This document shows, piece by piece, positions 1 to 9,848 of a stretch of DNA of 64,000 nucleotides. Every line of letters begins with the position of its first letter. Positions within the stretch are counted from its first letter, which is position 1. Below the pieces are notes generated by a model. That model made no database searches, was not told the origin of the DNA, and worked only from the letters and a program-made list of their open reading frames with translations. The stretch is taken from contig JBGUXN010000029.1 in the NCBI GenBank assembly GCA_045222195.1, positions 742 to 64,741 of the forward strand. Direction: 5' to 3'. The position numbers and the translations under genes were made by a program. The stretch comes from Bacilli bacterium (GTDB lineage Bacteria; Bacillota_I; Bacilli_A; RFN20; CAG-826).

Positions 1-1809
1 TTTATCGGTCCAAGGTTTATTTGGTTCGCAATCAGTTAAAAGTTCTGGGAAATTGTCACGATGGACAAATTCGATGTTTTGATCAACAGAAGAACCATCA
101 ATTGGCATACCTTCATAAGCGGTTTCGCCAGTGAAGCGGTTTTCCACTTTTTCACCAGTGATTTCATCATAGTCAATCATGACATCGTCATAGACTTTAT
201 AAACTAATTTATTCATGCCGTCTTTAACGTTATGAGCATCTGTCATAAAGTAGAGTTCATAATCACCAGCTTCTAATTCATAACCGGTATGTCCGTTTTC
301 ATTGGCATCATAATCATCATATGATTTGAAATCTTTGGTATCGACTTCGATATCGATAGTACAGACATCACCAGGTTGAAGTAATGGAGTCTTTTCATAG
401 CCCACTAATTTACGGGCTGATTTTTCAATACCACCTGGTGTATATGGAGCAGTAAGGTAAATTTGGACAACATCTTTACCTTTGTATTCACCAGCATTGG
501 TGACTTCCACGGATAAGACGAGTTTTTCATCAGCTTCAATTCTGGCACCATTAGGTTTATTGGCTTCGACGAATCTCCAACTGAAGTCAGTGTAGGACAT
601 GCCATATCCAAATGGATATTGGACAACGTTTTCATAACCGTTGTATGGATCTCTATCCCAGAAGCCTTCTTCATCAGCGGTTTCGAACCATCTATAGCCC
701 ATGTAAATACCTTCTGTATATTCAGAATAACAGGCATATTGATAGAAGGCAGAACCACCAGAACCTCTACCAGCTTTGCTGAAGAAATCACTGGATTTGC
801 CACCTTCATAGTGTCTGGTGTGCTTAGCACAAGAACGGTAATATGTAATGTTATATTCTGGGCGATATGGAGTGGTATCTGTCATATGGCCAGAAGGTGT
901 GACATCGCCAAAGACGACATCAGGAATAGCAAGGGCGCCTTGACCACCGGTAACACCAACGTTGAGGACAGCGTCAATACCATCAGGAATTTCTTCATTG
1001 ATTTTCTTGACGAAATCAAGAGTCATGTTATTGGTGCTATTTTCAATAACAATGACGTTTTCAAAGTCAGCGGCAATCTTACGAAGCGCGTATTCTTCTT
1101 CTTCTGAAATTTCAAGATAGTCACGATTCATATCTTGAACTGTGCTACCACTCTTATGAGTGGAAGTATTTGTTGATAATTTGTTTTGATAGTGAGGGCA
1201 GTCACTGTTCTCGCCAGCGTGGCGAGAGATGACAAAGAAGGCTGTATCACTATAAGACTTAGCCGCATCATAGAGTTCTTGATATTTACTATCGTCTTTT
1301 AAAGATGGCTCACGAATGACAAAGTAAGTATCAAGAGCAGTGAAGATGGTATTAGCATCGCCTTCTGCTTTATGCCAGTCTAAATAATAGGCTGGAAGGT
1401 CTTCATTAACCTTGATGCCTCTTTTCTTAAGAGCGCTGTTAAGGTCGTAAGACTTATGGCCTTTTGTGCCGACCATTTCAGAGCCTGATGACATAATGTA
1501 CCAGTCAACAGAACCGTGTCCGAAAACATTGACTTGTTCGACATTGTCTTTGCTGAGTGGAAGAGTGCCATTATTCTCAAGCATGACAAGACCTTCGCCT
1601 TCGACTTCGACGGCGAGCTCGTCACCCATACCAGGGGCTGAACGAGTCATCGCGCTTTTATCTTGTGGGACTGGAGTTGTGAGATAGGTGGTCATTGTAC
1701 TAGAACCATCACCAAACGCCCAAGCATTACCGATGCCAAGGGCCACACCAGCCGCCACAATCGCGACAAGTCCAGCAATAGAAAAAGTAATTTTAACTAT
1801 TTTGTTCAT
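1..1809 (-). CDS. GH3 family beta-glycosidase, partial (N-terminal 603 aa; C-terminus lies left of the window)
   Basis: Absent from the ORF track because it has no in-window stop. The minus frame from ATG 1809-1807 to codon 3-1 stays consistent at every point I checked: start MNKIVKITFSIAGLVAIVAAGVA, RDYLEIS at about 1110-1140, VQYPFGYGMSY at 592-624, and DCEPNKPWTDK at 1-33. RBS AAAGGAGAA is upstream. The N-terminal TM anchor is followed by GH3 sandwich-domain signatures (LENNGTLPL, VNVFG, YPFGYGMSYT). Confidence 0.85.
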   Translation of the reverse strand, partial: MNKIVKITFSIAGLVAIVAAGVALGIGNAWAFGDGSSTMTTYLTTPVPQDKSAMTRSAPGMGDELAVEVEGEGLVMLENNGTLPLSKDNVEQVNVFGHGSVDWYIMSSGSEMVGTKGHKSYDLNSALKKRGIKVNEDLPAYYLDWHKAEGDANTIFTALDTYFVIREPSLKDDSKYQELYDAAKSYSDTAFFVISRHAGENSDCPHYQNKLSTNTSTHKSGSTVQDMNRDYLEISEEEEYALRKIAADFENVIVIENSTNNMTLDFVKKINEEIPDGIDAVLNVGVTGGQGALAIPDVVFGDVTPSGHMTDTTPYRPEYNITYYRSCAKHTRHYEGGKSSDFFSKAGRGSGGSAFYQYACYSEYTEGIYMGYRWFETADEEGFWDRDPYNGYENVVQYPFGYGMSYTDFSWRFVEANKPNGARIEADEKLVLSVEVTNAGEYKGKDVVQIYLTAPYTPGGIEKSARKLVGYEKTPLLQPGDVCTIDIEVDTKDFKSYDDYDANENGHTGYELEAGDYELYFMTDAHNVKDGMNKLVYKVYDDVMIDYDEITGEKVENRFTGETAYEGMPIDGSSVDQNIEFVHRDNFPELLTDCEPNKPWTDK

Positions 1810-1894
1810 TATCGTATGTTTCTCCTTTCTAAATGTATAGGCACATTTATTGTAGTATTTATTTTCAATAAATTCTATTAAAAACGCGTAGGTA

Positions 1895-1926
1895 AGAAAA
1901 AACCCCACATACTGTGAGGTTTTTTT
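1895..1926 (-). terminator. Rho-independent terminator (bidirectional hairpin)
   Basis: Minus-strand hairpin AACCTCACA-gta-TGTGGGGTT followed by TTTTTC, just after the stop of 1943..4909. The plus strand also has a T-run. Confidence 0.6.
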
Positions 1927-1942
1927 ATATTAATTTGTTAAG

Positions 1943-4909
1943 CTATTCTGCTTTTTCTTCCTTATTAGGTTCACTGATAGCTGGTTCATTAGCAGGAACT
2001 TCTTCTTTCTTCTTGAGAGTTTTCAAGATGACGATGAATCCCCAAGCGATTAAGCCCGCACCAAGGACGCCTTCACCGATGAATAATAATTCTTGCCAGA
2101 CTGGAAGTTTGTAGCCAAGAATCTTTTGGTTCATGGCGTTAGAATTGGCTAAAGCATAGAGAATGTTATGGGATGCACGTCTAAGCATGACGACATCTTC
2201 GATTTCGCTAGATTTAGCGGTCTTCCAATAAGCAGTACCGGTGAGGTTTAAGTCACCACCAGCGTAAGCCATTTGTTTGCTATCCATATATGCGTCAGTG
2301 TGGAAGTCACAAATGACGAGACCCTTGAAGCCCCATTCTTCACGGAGAACAGTTGTAAGAAGTGGATAGGAACCACCACACCAACGTTGACCGATACGAG
2401 TGAAGGAACTCATCAAACCTAAGCTCTTGCCTTCTTTAATAGCAATTTCAAATGGTTTGAGGTAGAGTTCACGGACGGCTTGTTCTTTGACCCAGTAAGA
2501 TTGACCGTTATTAGAACGGTGTGTTTCTTGTTCATTAAGGGCAAAGTGTTTAATGGTTGTATAAACGCCTTTAGCTTGTGCTTCTTTAATGACGACAGCG
2601 GCTAATTTACCAGAAATGAATGGGTCTTCTGAATAGTATTCAGTGTTACGACCAGAGAATGGAGAACGGTGTAAGTTGACACCAGGAGAATACCAACCAG
2701 TATATGGTAAGGAGCTACCATTAGCACGTTGATCGCCGAAGACGGCTTCATTACCAATAGCGTTACCTTCTTTACCAGCGAGCTCAACATTGAATGTTTG
2801 AGCCACTAAAGCTTCGGAACAGTAATAGCATGTGCCATACACTTCTGGGGTACCCATGAAGGCGACTAAACCAGTAGGACCATCACATGATAATGTTTTT
2901 GGCACACCTAAACGGCTGAGTTTGGTGGTTGCGTACATACCTTTATTGAAGAGGCTGAGCATTTCATCAAACTTCATTTGATTAAGGAATTCGTCCCATT
3001 TTTCATCATCGTATTCTAAACCGGTCATTTCATCTAAGTGGATGGTCACTCTTTGACCCATCTTTGGTTTGACGGTATATTCATTTGGATTATCAGATGT
3101 TGTCTTAGATAATCTATTGATGAATTTAGAGTTGACGGTGAGGTCTTCTTCGGTTGGCATTTGTGGGAATGTCGCTTCAAAGCCTTGACGAGAGAGATTT
3201 TGATTCAAGAATTGATTCAAGAAACTCATTTCGTCTTTATTGTTTTGATAGAAGACTGGTTCAACTTTAGTGCCGGTCACTGGGTCATTTTCAAATCTAA
3301 CATCAGCGGCGAGATTCTTAGTGAATGAATCGGCATCTGTATGAGCATCTGTACCGAGATAGAAGGAGTAATTACCCGCTTCTAATTCATAACCTTTGAA
3401 TTCGTTTTCGTTAGCGTCTTCAGAGTCGAAACTAGCGAAATCATATGGAGTAACTTTGATATGAAGTGGTTCGGCTGTTGTTTCACCAGCATCTAACATT
3501 GGGGTTTTAGCAAAACCGACAAGCACTTTATAAGCTTTTTCGATTTCACCGGATTCATATGGCGCGGAAGCGTAAACTTGAACGACTTGTTTACCGGCTT
3601 TGCTACCAGTGTTTTTGACTTTCACATCAATGGTGAAATCTTCATCAGCTTTAAGAGCGGCCGCTAAAGCGGACTTATTGACGATTTCTTGTTCGAAGGT
3701 GGTATAGCTTAAGCCATAACCGAATGGATATAAGACATGTTCGTTATACCATGCATCACCACTACCAGTGGAAACTTTTTCCATTTCCGCCCAGCGGGTT
3801 TCATAATAACGATAACCTAAGTAGATACCTTCTTCGTAAGCGACGGAGAAATATGGTTGTAATTCACCATCCACTAAATAGGCATCGCCCATTGTGGAAT
3901 CACTTTCGTTAACGGCATTATCACCAAAGTTTTGCCATGTTGGGTCTTGGTCATAATGGGTATAGACGGTATCGGTTAAGTGACCACTTGGGTTAACAGA
4001 GCCATTAAGGATTCTACCTAAGGCCATGATACCTGTGGCACCTGGGCTACCGATTAAGATAGCAGCGTCAATCTTTGAGTTGTATGCTGGATCGCTAGCA
4101 ATCTTAAGGAAAGCCATATCGATGTTATTAGAACCGTTGAATAAAACGATGACGTGAGCAAAGTCTTGCGCACAGATGTGTTCTAATAACGCTCTTTCGT
4201 TGGTATCTAATTCTAAATAGTGACGTCCGGCGACACCATCAGCGGAAACACGTGGTAAGTCCCAGTTTTCACCAGCGATACGAGAGAAGACCACTAAAGC
4301 GGCATCTTTGTAATCAGCATAGGTGCTAGTAATATCAGTAGTATACTTTTCAACTTCTGTTTCACCAGTTTTTAAAAGTGGAATACCATCACCGTGTTCC
4401 ATTTTTGGGTTGGCGCTGCGGCCACTACCGGAACGGGCATTATCTTCATAGAAGCTCTTAAGAGCTGGGTTACATTGAAAACCAGCTTCATTAAGAGAAT
4501 CATAAATGGTCTTAAGTGGGACGGTTTGTGTTGGAGCAGCAGAACCAGAACCACCATAGACTAAATTGACAGAGTTTTTACCAAAGATAGAAACTTTGGC
4601 GCCGTTAGCTAATGGGAGGGCATTATTTTCGTTCTTTAAAAGAACCATGCCTTCTTCACAAATTTCTTGTGTGACTTTGTTACCATTTTCTAAGGCTTGT
4701 TCTTTGTTTTCAAAGTCAGGGGTAAAATATCTAAACTTAACGTTTGGATCGATAACCGCTCTTTCACCACCGAGAACACCATTAATTAAATCTGGTAAGA
4801 CGGCAGTCGCGACCACGTTAACGGCCACGATAATGAGAACAAGAGCGAGAGTTGTAATACCCCAAGCGAGTACTTTTTTACTTTTTATGAGCTTTTTGAA
4901 CACGTTCAT
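1943..4909 (-). CDS. GH3 beta-glycosidase (beta-glucosidase/xylosidase type), circularly permuted domain order, N- and C-terminal TM anchors
   Basis: 988-aa ORF with RBS GAGGA. Signal-anchor WGITTLALVLIIVAVNVVATAVL. Sandwich-domain motifs come first (MVLLKNENNALPL, VSIFG, YPFGYGLSYTTF at aa 394-405). An Fn3-like module follows (VKVKNTGSKAGKQVVQVY). Barrel motifs come last (NLHRSPFSGRNTEYYSEDP, KHFALNEQE aa 787-795, nucleophile motif WGFKGLVICD868). C-terminal TM GVLGAGLIAWGFIVIL plus a charged tail. Confidence 0.9.
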   Translation of the reverse strand: MNVFKKLIKSKKVLAWGITTLALVLIIVAVNVVATAVLPDLINGVLGGERAVIDPNVKFRYFTPDFENKEQALENGNKVTQEICEEGMVLLKNENNALPLANGAKVSIFGKNSVNLVYGGSGSAAPTQTVPLKTIYDSLNEAGFQCNPALKSFYEDNARSGSGRSANPKMEHGDGIPLLKTGETEVEKYTTDITSTYADYKDAALVVFSRIAGENWDLPRVSADGVAGRHYLELDTNERALLEHICAQDFAHVIVLFNGSNNIDMAFLKIASDPAYNSKIDAAILIGSPGATGIMALGRILNGSVNPSGHLTDTVYTHYDQDPTWQNFGDNAVNESDSTMGDAYLVDGELQPYFSVAYEEGIYLGYRYYETRWAEMEKVSTGSGDAWYNEHVLYPFGYGLSYTTFEQEIVNKSALAAALKADEDFTIDVKVKNTGSKAGKQVVQVYASAPYESGEIEKAYKVLVGFAKTPMLDAGETTAEPLHIKVTPYDFASFDSEDANENEFKGYELEAGNYSFYLGTDAHTDADSFTKNLAADVRFENDPVTGTKVEPVFYQNNKDEMSFLNQFLNQNLSRQGFEATFPQMPTEEDLTVNSKFINRLSKTTSDNPNEYTVKPKMGQRVTIHLDEMTGLEYDDEKWDEFLNQMKFDEMLSLFNKGMYATTKLSRLGVPKTLSCDGPTGLVAFMGTPEVYGTCYYCSEALVAQTFNVELAGKEGNAIGNEAVFGDQRANGSSLPYTGWYSPGVNLHRSPFSGRNTEYYSEDPFISGKLAAVVIKEAQAKGVYTTIKHFALNEQETHRSNNGQSYWVKEQAVRELYLKPFEIAIKEGKSLGLMSSFTRIGQRWCGGSYPLLTTVLREEWGFKGLVICDFHTDAYMDSKQMAYAGGDLNLTGTAYWKTAKSSEIEDVVMLRRASHNILYALANSNAMNQKILGYKLPVWQELLFIGEGVLGAGLIAWGFIVILKTLKKKEEVPANEPAISEPNKEEKAE

Positions 4910-4923
4910 AAGCGATTCCTCAC

Positions 4924-6054
4924 TTATTCGAGTTGAGAAGCTTTGGCGTTAAGCCAAGAAAGTGTTTGTTGTGTTTCAATTGTAATGCAGTCAATCATTG
5001 GCGCTGTAGCAGCGGCTGTACCATATAATAAATCTTCATTGTCTGTGATCATTTCAATGGTATTTTTGCCGGCCACTAATGGGATATTGACGCCTAATTG
5101 ATAATCAGCGAATTCTTTCCAACCTTCACCTTGAAGTGGGACGTTTGTGAAATCGATTTGACCGTAGTCAATATCGTTGCCATTCACTTTGATTGGATAT
5201 TTGGAAACGTTTGTACCACCAGCACAGCTGATAGAGAACGCTTCTTTATATTCAGCGGATAAACGCATATCAATTTTGGCTGTACCAGCAGCATCAGAAT
5301 TGATTTCGAATTTTAAGTTGTTGCCTTTGACATAGAGGAAGTGGACAAAGTAACCATTGGATGCTTTAGCAGCACTATTTTCATCTTCTTGGATTAAGCC
5401 TTTGCCAGCTTGACCACCAGAATATGTCGCACCTTGCATACCGATTGTGCCTTTTGTGATAACATCACAATATTCGGCTTCGAAACGATAAGCTTTTGGA
5501 GAACCAACAGCACCCCATTTAGCATAGAGTGTGGTATCAGCGGTGAAATGACGTGTGAAGTCATAATATTCTTGTTGGGTGTCTTTATCGACAGTCCAAC
5601 CGATGAAAGCATAACCGTCACGCACTGGATCGGCTGGTCTTTCAACCGCTTGTTTTTGAATGACTTTGACCACTGTTGGGGCTGGAGCGCCACTATAGTT
5701 TAAGTCAAATGTGCATTTGAGTTCGGCTAACCAGTGAGCGAAAACCTTTGTGTTCTTTTTGATTGGTTCTTCAAAGTCGAATTCAGAGTCTTTGTCTTGG
5801 TCATCGTGCCAACGGTCGAAGATGTAACCTTCTCTTTCTGGTACTTCTTCTGGTTCATCAACACATTCGCCTTTTTTGACTTTCACTTCTTTGAAGACGT
5901 CTTCCGCACTATTCTTTTTGTAGTTAAGACGGAATGTAACTGTGAGGCCATCGCCACCATTACCACCTTCTTCACCGTTACTGCCACAAGAAGCAAGAGC
6001 GGTTGAGAACATGAAAACGGTTGCGAGAATCAAAGTTTTTGCAATTTTTTTCAT
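4924..6054 (-). CDS. Lipoprotein with two Listeria-Bacteroides (Flg_new) repeats and a C-terminal CBM6/35-like module
   Basis: 376 aa with RBS GAGGT. Lipobox FSTALAS-C. Repeats EREGYIFDRW...KVFAHW and VRDGYAFIGW...TLYAKW. The C-terminal beta-sandwich starts YRFEAEY and ends MIDCITIE. It lies 14 nt upstream of the next GH3, so it is in the same operon. Confidence 0.75.
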   Translation of the reverse strand: MKKIAKTLILATVFMFSTALASCGSNGEEGGNGGDGLTVTFRLNYKKNSAEDVFKEVKVKKGECVDEPEEVPEREGYIFDRWHDDQDKDSEFDFEEPIKKNTKVFAHWLAELKCTFDLNYSGAPAPTVVKVIQKQAVERPADPVRDGYAFIGWTVDKDTQQEYYDFTRHFTADTTLYAKWGAVGSPKAYRFEAEYCDVITKGTIGMQGATYSGGQAGKGLIQEDENSAAKASNGYFVHFLYVKGNNLKFEINSDAAGTAKIDMRLSAEYKEAFSISCAGGTNVSKYPIKVNGNDIDYGQIDFTNVPLQGEGWKEFADYQLGVNIPLVAGKNTIEMITDNEDLLYGTAAATAPMIDCITIETQQTLSWLNAKASQLE

Positions 6055-6175
6055 AATTAATACCTCATTTCTAAAATTACAATGTTGTTTTTAATTTATG
6101 GATAAGGCTCCCACAAGAATAAACCTGTAGGAGCCAAATTCATTTTTTTAGATGGATTTGTTAGTAGTTATCTGA

Positions 6176-9100
6176 CTATTCTTCTTTTTTACGAAGAGCT
6201 TTGACACAAAGCAAGCCAGCAAGAGCAAGACCGACCACTGATGTCATGAGGACAACAGCACCGACTTCGCCGAAGCAGCCTTTCTTCTTGTTTGGTTCAA
6301 CTGGGCTTAAATCGCCAGCTTCGCCATTTTGTGGAAGAATGACTAAGCGAATTGTCTTACCTTTAACGGTACTACCATTTGTGCTTAAGACGTGAATCTT
6401 GATATCGCAATCTTTGGTTGGAACACCACTAATTGTGCTGCCATCAAAGACTAAGCCTTCTGGTAATGGAGTGGCTTCGTCGATTGATAATTCACCGCTA
6501 CCAGCGTAGCTGATTTCGATATTGGCTTCTTCACCAACTCTTAAATCGTATCTTTCATCGGCTTCGATTTCAGCATCAACACCGATTCTAGAATCCATAA
6601 CGCTACTATTAGCGATCATCCACATTTGTTCTCTGACGCTCTTTCTAACAGCGTACCACCAAGAATAGGATGGATATGTATCACCATCATACTTGAAGGT
6701 TGGGCAACCCATTTCTGCATCCCAGGAAGCTTCGATATAGCTACCGAAACCTCTTTGGTCTAAGTTAACGTTCATACCAGAGAGGACTCTGTTATTGACA
6801 TTTTCGTAGCACTTGAAGTTAACGCTACTATTGCCAGAGTGAGTCATATCGGAAAGGACAGTGCCTTGGAAGCCCCATTCTTCACGAGTGACTTCTGTTA
6901 ATAATGGATAGGAAGCAGCTGTTTCCATTAAACCTAAACGGTTGTAGGAAGACATAACACCAACTGAATGACCTTCTTGGAAGACCATTTGGAAGGATTT
7001 TAAGTAAATTTCACGTAAAGCTTGTTCACTAACGAATGTTGAGACACCTTCACGGCCTTTTTCTTGGTCGTTAACGGCGTAGTGTTTGAAGTAGCAGTAG
7101 ACACCTTGTTCAGTGGCTGGGCCAACTGTGCAAGCAGCCATCTTACCCATTAAGAATGGATCAGCGGCGAAGTATTCGAAGTTACGGCCACCGAATGGGG
7201 AACGGTGTGTGTTACAACCACAACCTAACCAACCACCAGTGCCTTCCATACCGATCATATTGCCACGTTCAGTGACTAATTCGAGGTTCCATGTCGCGGC
7301 GACAATTGGTTCACCAGCCCAGAGGATGCCATTCCATTTGTTTGGACCATCAGAGTCTCTGGAACTTGGTTTACCGATGGAGTTCATCGCACCATTAGAG
7401 AAGTTACCATTGGCAACGTACGTTTGCATTTCGGACCATGTGAATTCATTTAAGAATTCAACCCATTTTGGATCATCTTGTGGGATGTTCTTCATTTCGG
7501 AGAGTTGGATACGATTAGCTTGAGATAAGGATGTAGCTTGTTGTGACCAACCTAATTCTTCAATGTCTTCTTTTGATCTATAAGCCGCTTGTGGGACGTA
7601 TTCATATTCGTTATCAACATAATCGCCATCAGCGTTCTTGATTTGTGGGAGATCGAGATCGGCGAGTGTGAATTCGTGTGTTAAGAATTCTTCAACACGG
7701 CTATCGCTTGAAACCATACGATCTTCGATTGTTGGATGTGTTGGGAATGTGCCTTCGAAGTCAGCACGGGACATATGTGTGAATTCGATATCTTCTTCAC
7801 TTGGTAAGGAGTTATAGAAACCTCTATCTGTGAAGCGGTTTTCGACTTTGTGACCTGTGTAACGGTCTGTTTCGTATTGGATACCAGCTTTTTGGACTTC
7901 GAATTTCTTTGTTTCATAGAATTCGTGAGCGTCTTTAGCGAGGATCACTTCATATTCACCACCATCGAGTTCATAACCAGCAAAACCGTTGTTGTTAGCA
8001 TCGGTGTAGTCGTAGTTAGCAACATCTTGGAGGTAGAAACTTAAATTGAGTTCTTGGGATTCACCTGGATCAAGGATGTTTGTCTTGTCAAATGCGCATA
8101 AGACGTGATCAGCTTTTTCAATGCCACCCTTGAAGTATGGGGCTTTCCAATAAATTTGAACGACATCTTTACCAGCTCTATTACCAGTGTTTGTGACTTT
8201 GACTTTCATTTCGATTGTCTTGACTCCTGGGTTAAGGATTGAACCTTCATCATAGTTCATGGAGACGATTTCTTGTTCAAATGTTGTGTAGCTTAAGCCA
8301 TAGCCGAATGGATAGATGACACCAGTGCCATCGTTATTTGTGCCGTTATACCAAGCTTCAGCAGCGGCTTCGTCTTTAAGCTTCATATCTTGATAGACTG
8401 TTTCGTAGTATCTATAGTCGACATAAATGCCTTCTTCATAAGAGACGTAGGAAGCTGGTTTAACACCATTTAAGCCACCTTTAACAATCTTGTATTCTTC
8501 ACCAGTGGCTGTTCCACCTGGGAATTTTGTAATACCGAAGACAGAGCCATCACCTTCCCAACGTGGGGATTGTTTATTGCTATAGTTCTTATCGGTACCA
8601 TAACTTAAGATTGGGACACCATCAGAGTCGAGCATTGTATCGTTTGGTAAATAGACTTTTTCACCATTGATTTCTTGAAGGTTTGTTTGAGCGTTATCCG
8701 CGAAGTTTTGATATGTTGGGTCTAATGTGAAGTCACGGCCCCATGTATCAACTGTTCTACCGGATGGGTTAACTTCACCTTTTAAAATTTCAGGAATAGC
8801 TTTACAGCCATCTTGACCTGGTGTACCGATCCATAAAACGCCTTGGATAGCATCATCTTTTTCGAACTTGTCGCATTGGAAGACGTTACCGGAGTTGACG
8901 ATAACGATGATTTTGTTGAAGCCCGCATCCTTAACCATCTTGAACATATCTTCTTCGTTTTTGGATAATTCGAGATAGTGTCTTGTGGAGAAGCCATCAG
9001 CATCGAAGTCTCTTGCGTCACAAGTCTTTTCGTCAGCACCTTCTGTACCCCAACGAGCGATAACGATAATCGCGGCATCGTGATATTGAGCGAAGGAATC

Positions 9101-9583
9101 TTTGACAGCTTGAGTGTAACTAGATTGTGGAGTTTCACCAACGCAGTTATAACCAGTACTGGAATAGTTACCGGTACTAACTTTTGGACCACTGCCGGAT
9201 TGGCTGCTGCTAGCATAGAAACTTTGAAGTGTGGAGTTGATTTCAAAGCCAGCACTTGTTAAAGCGGATTGCATTGTGGTACCAATGCTACCACCACCAC
9301 CAGAACCACCACCATTTGCGGCCATATCATTACTTGCTTTACCGAAAATGGAGATTTTCTTCACATTCGAATCAAATGGAAGGACGTTGTCTTTATTCTT
9401 TAAAAGAACGAAACCTTCTTCGGCGATTTTGACGTTTAATTCCTTTTCTCTAGTGGAGAGATTGGAAGAATCACCAACGAATTTGTTGAATGGAATAGCC
9501 TGTTTAGCAGTCACGCCACCAGCTTGGCAAGCGGTAAGCATTAAACTACCTAATACGACAGGCCAAATAATTCTTTTTTTCAT
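6176..9583 (-). CDS. GH3 beta-glycosidase lipoprotein, permuted domain order, C-terminal GC-motif/TM/basic tail
   Basis: The track ORF is 6176..9613. I prefer ATG 9583 (MKKRIIWPVVLGSLMLTA-C lipobox, RBS AAAGGAAAA). Motifs: FVLLKNKDNVLPF, ISIFG, YPFGYGLSYTTF, VKVTNTGNRAGKDVVQIY, NTHRSPFGGRNFEYFAADP, KHYAVNDQE, WGFQGTVLSD. An Ig-like module PLPEGLVFDGSTISGVP is present. The protein ends KKKGCFGE-TM-RKKEE. Confidence 0.9.
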   Translation of the reverse strand: MKKRIIWPVVLGSLMLTACQAGGVTAKQAIPFNKFVGDSSNLSTREKELNVKIAEEGFVLLKNKDNVLPFDSNVKKISIFGKASNDMAANGGGSGGGGSIGTTMQSALTSAGFEINSTLQSFYASSSQSGSGPKVSTGNYSSTGYNCVGETPQSSYTQAVKDSFAQYHDAAIIVIARWGTEGADEKTCDARDFDADGFSTRHYLELSKNEEDMFKMVKDAGFNKIIVIVNSGNVFQCDKFEKDDAIQGVLWIGTPGQDGCKAIPEILKGEVNPSGRTVDTWGRDFTLDPTYQNFADNAQTNLQEINGEKVYLPNDTMLDSDGVPILSYGTDKNYSNKQSPRWEGDGSVFGITKFPGGTATGEEYKIVKGGLNGVKPASYVSYEEGIYVDYRYYETVYQDMKLKDEAAAEAWYNGTNNDGTGVIYPFGYGLSYTTFEQEIVSMNYDEGSILNPGVKTIEMKVKVTNTGNRAGKDVVQIYWKAPYFKGGIEKADHVLCAFDKTNILDPGESQELNLSFYLQDVANYDYTDANNNGFAGYELDGGEYEVILAKDAHEFYETKKFEVQKAGIQYETDRYTGHKVENRFTDRGFYNSLPSEEDIEFTHMSRADFEGTFPTHPTIEDRMVSSDSRVEEFLTHEFTLADLDLPQIKNADGDYVDNEYEYVPQAAYRSKEDIEELGWSQQATSLSQANRIQLSEMKNIPQDDPKWVEFLNEFTWSEMQTYVANGNFSNGAMNSIGKPSSRDSDGPNKWNGILWAGEPIVAATWNLELVTERGNMIGMEGTGGWLGCGCNTHRSPFGGRNFEYFAADPFLMGKMAACTVGPATEQGVYCYFKHYAVNDQEKGREGVSTFVSEQALREIYLKSFQMVFQEGHSVGVMSSYNRLGLMETAASYPLLTEVTREEWGFQGTVLSDMTHSGNSSVNFKCYENVNNRVLSGMNVNLDQRGFGSYIEASWDAEMGCPTFKYDGDTYPSYSWWYAVRKSVREQMWMIANSSVMDSRIGVDAEIEADERYDLRVGEEANIEISYAGSGELSIDEATPLPEGLVFDGSTISGVPTKDCDIKIHVLSTNGSTVKGKTIRLVILPQNGEAGDLSPVEPNKKKGCFGEVGAVVLMTSVVGLALAGLLCVKALRKKEE
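6179..6289 (-). other. C-terminal tripartite sorting-signal-like segment (KKKGCFGE / hydrophobic helix / RKKEE)
   Basis: The last 37 aa of the 6176..9583 product are KKKGCFGEVGAVVLMTSVVGLALAGLLCVKALRKKEE. Confidence 0.5.
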
Positions 9584-9791
9584 ACGTATTTTCCTTTCTA
9601 AGTTATCTTGCATAAAGGCTTCGAAACGAACGCCGTAACATAATATAGTAGAAAAATAGAAAGACTATTTGTTCCACAGTAAATGGGAATATGCAAAGTA
9701 TCTTATACATATATTGAAAATTATTTAAATTATAAATAATATGACAATCTTGTGATTTAACATATTTTTTTAAAATATAGATGGAGCGTAA

Positions 9792-9828
9792 AAAAAGGGG
9801 AGGTGCATGAACACAACCCCTAATTTTT
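9792..9828 (-). terminator. Probable terminator after GH3 9849..13241
   Basis: Minus strand AGGGGTTGTG-ttcatg-CACCTCCCCT followed by TTTTTTT. Confidence 0.5.
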
Positions 9829-9848
9829 ATGATTTTAGTTTTACAAAA

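Noticed and set aside
405-1687. Track ORFs 405..830(-), 619..1107(+), 1380..1625(-), 1466..1687(+) and 1663..1881(+)
   Set aside because: All lie inside, or antisense to, the open minus-strand GH3 frame 1..1809. The track omits that frame because it has no in-window stop. Their translations are low-complexity shadow sequences without motifs or RBS.
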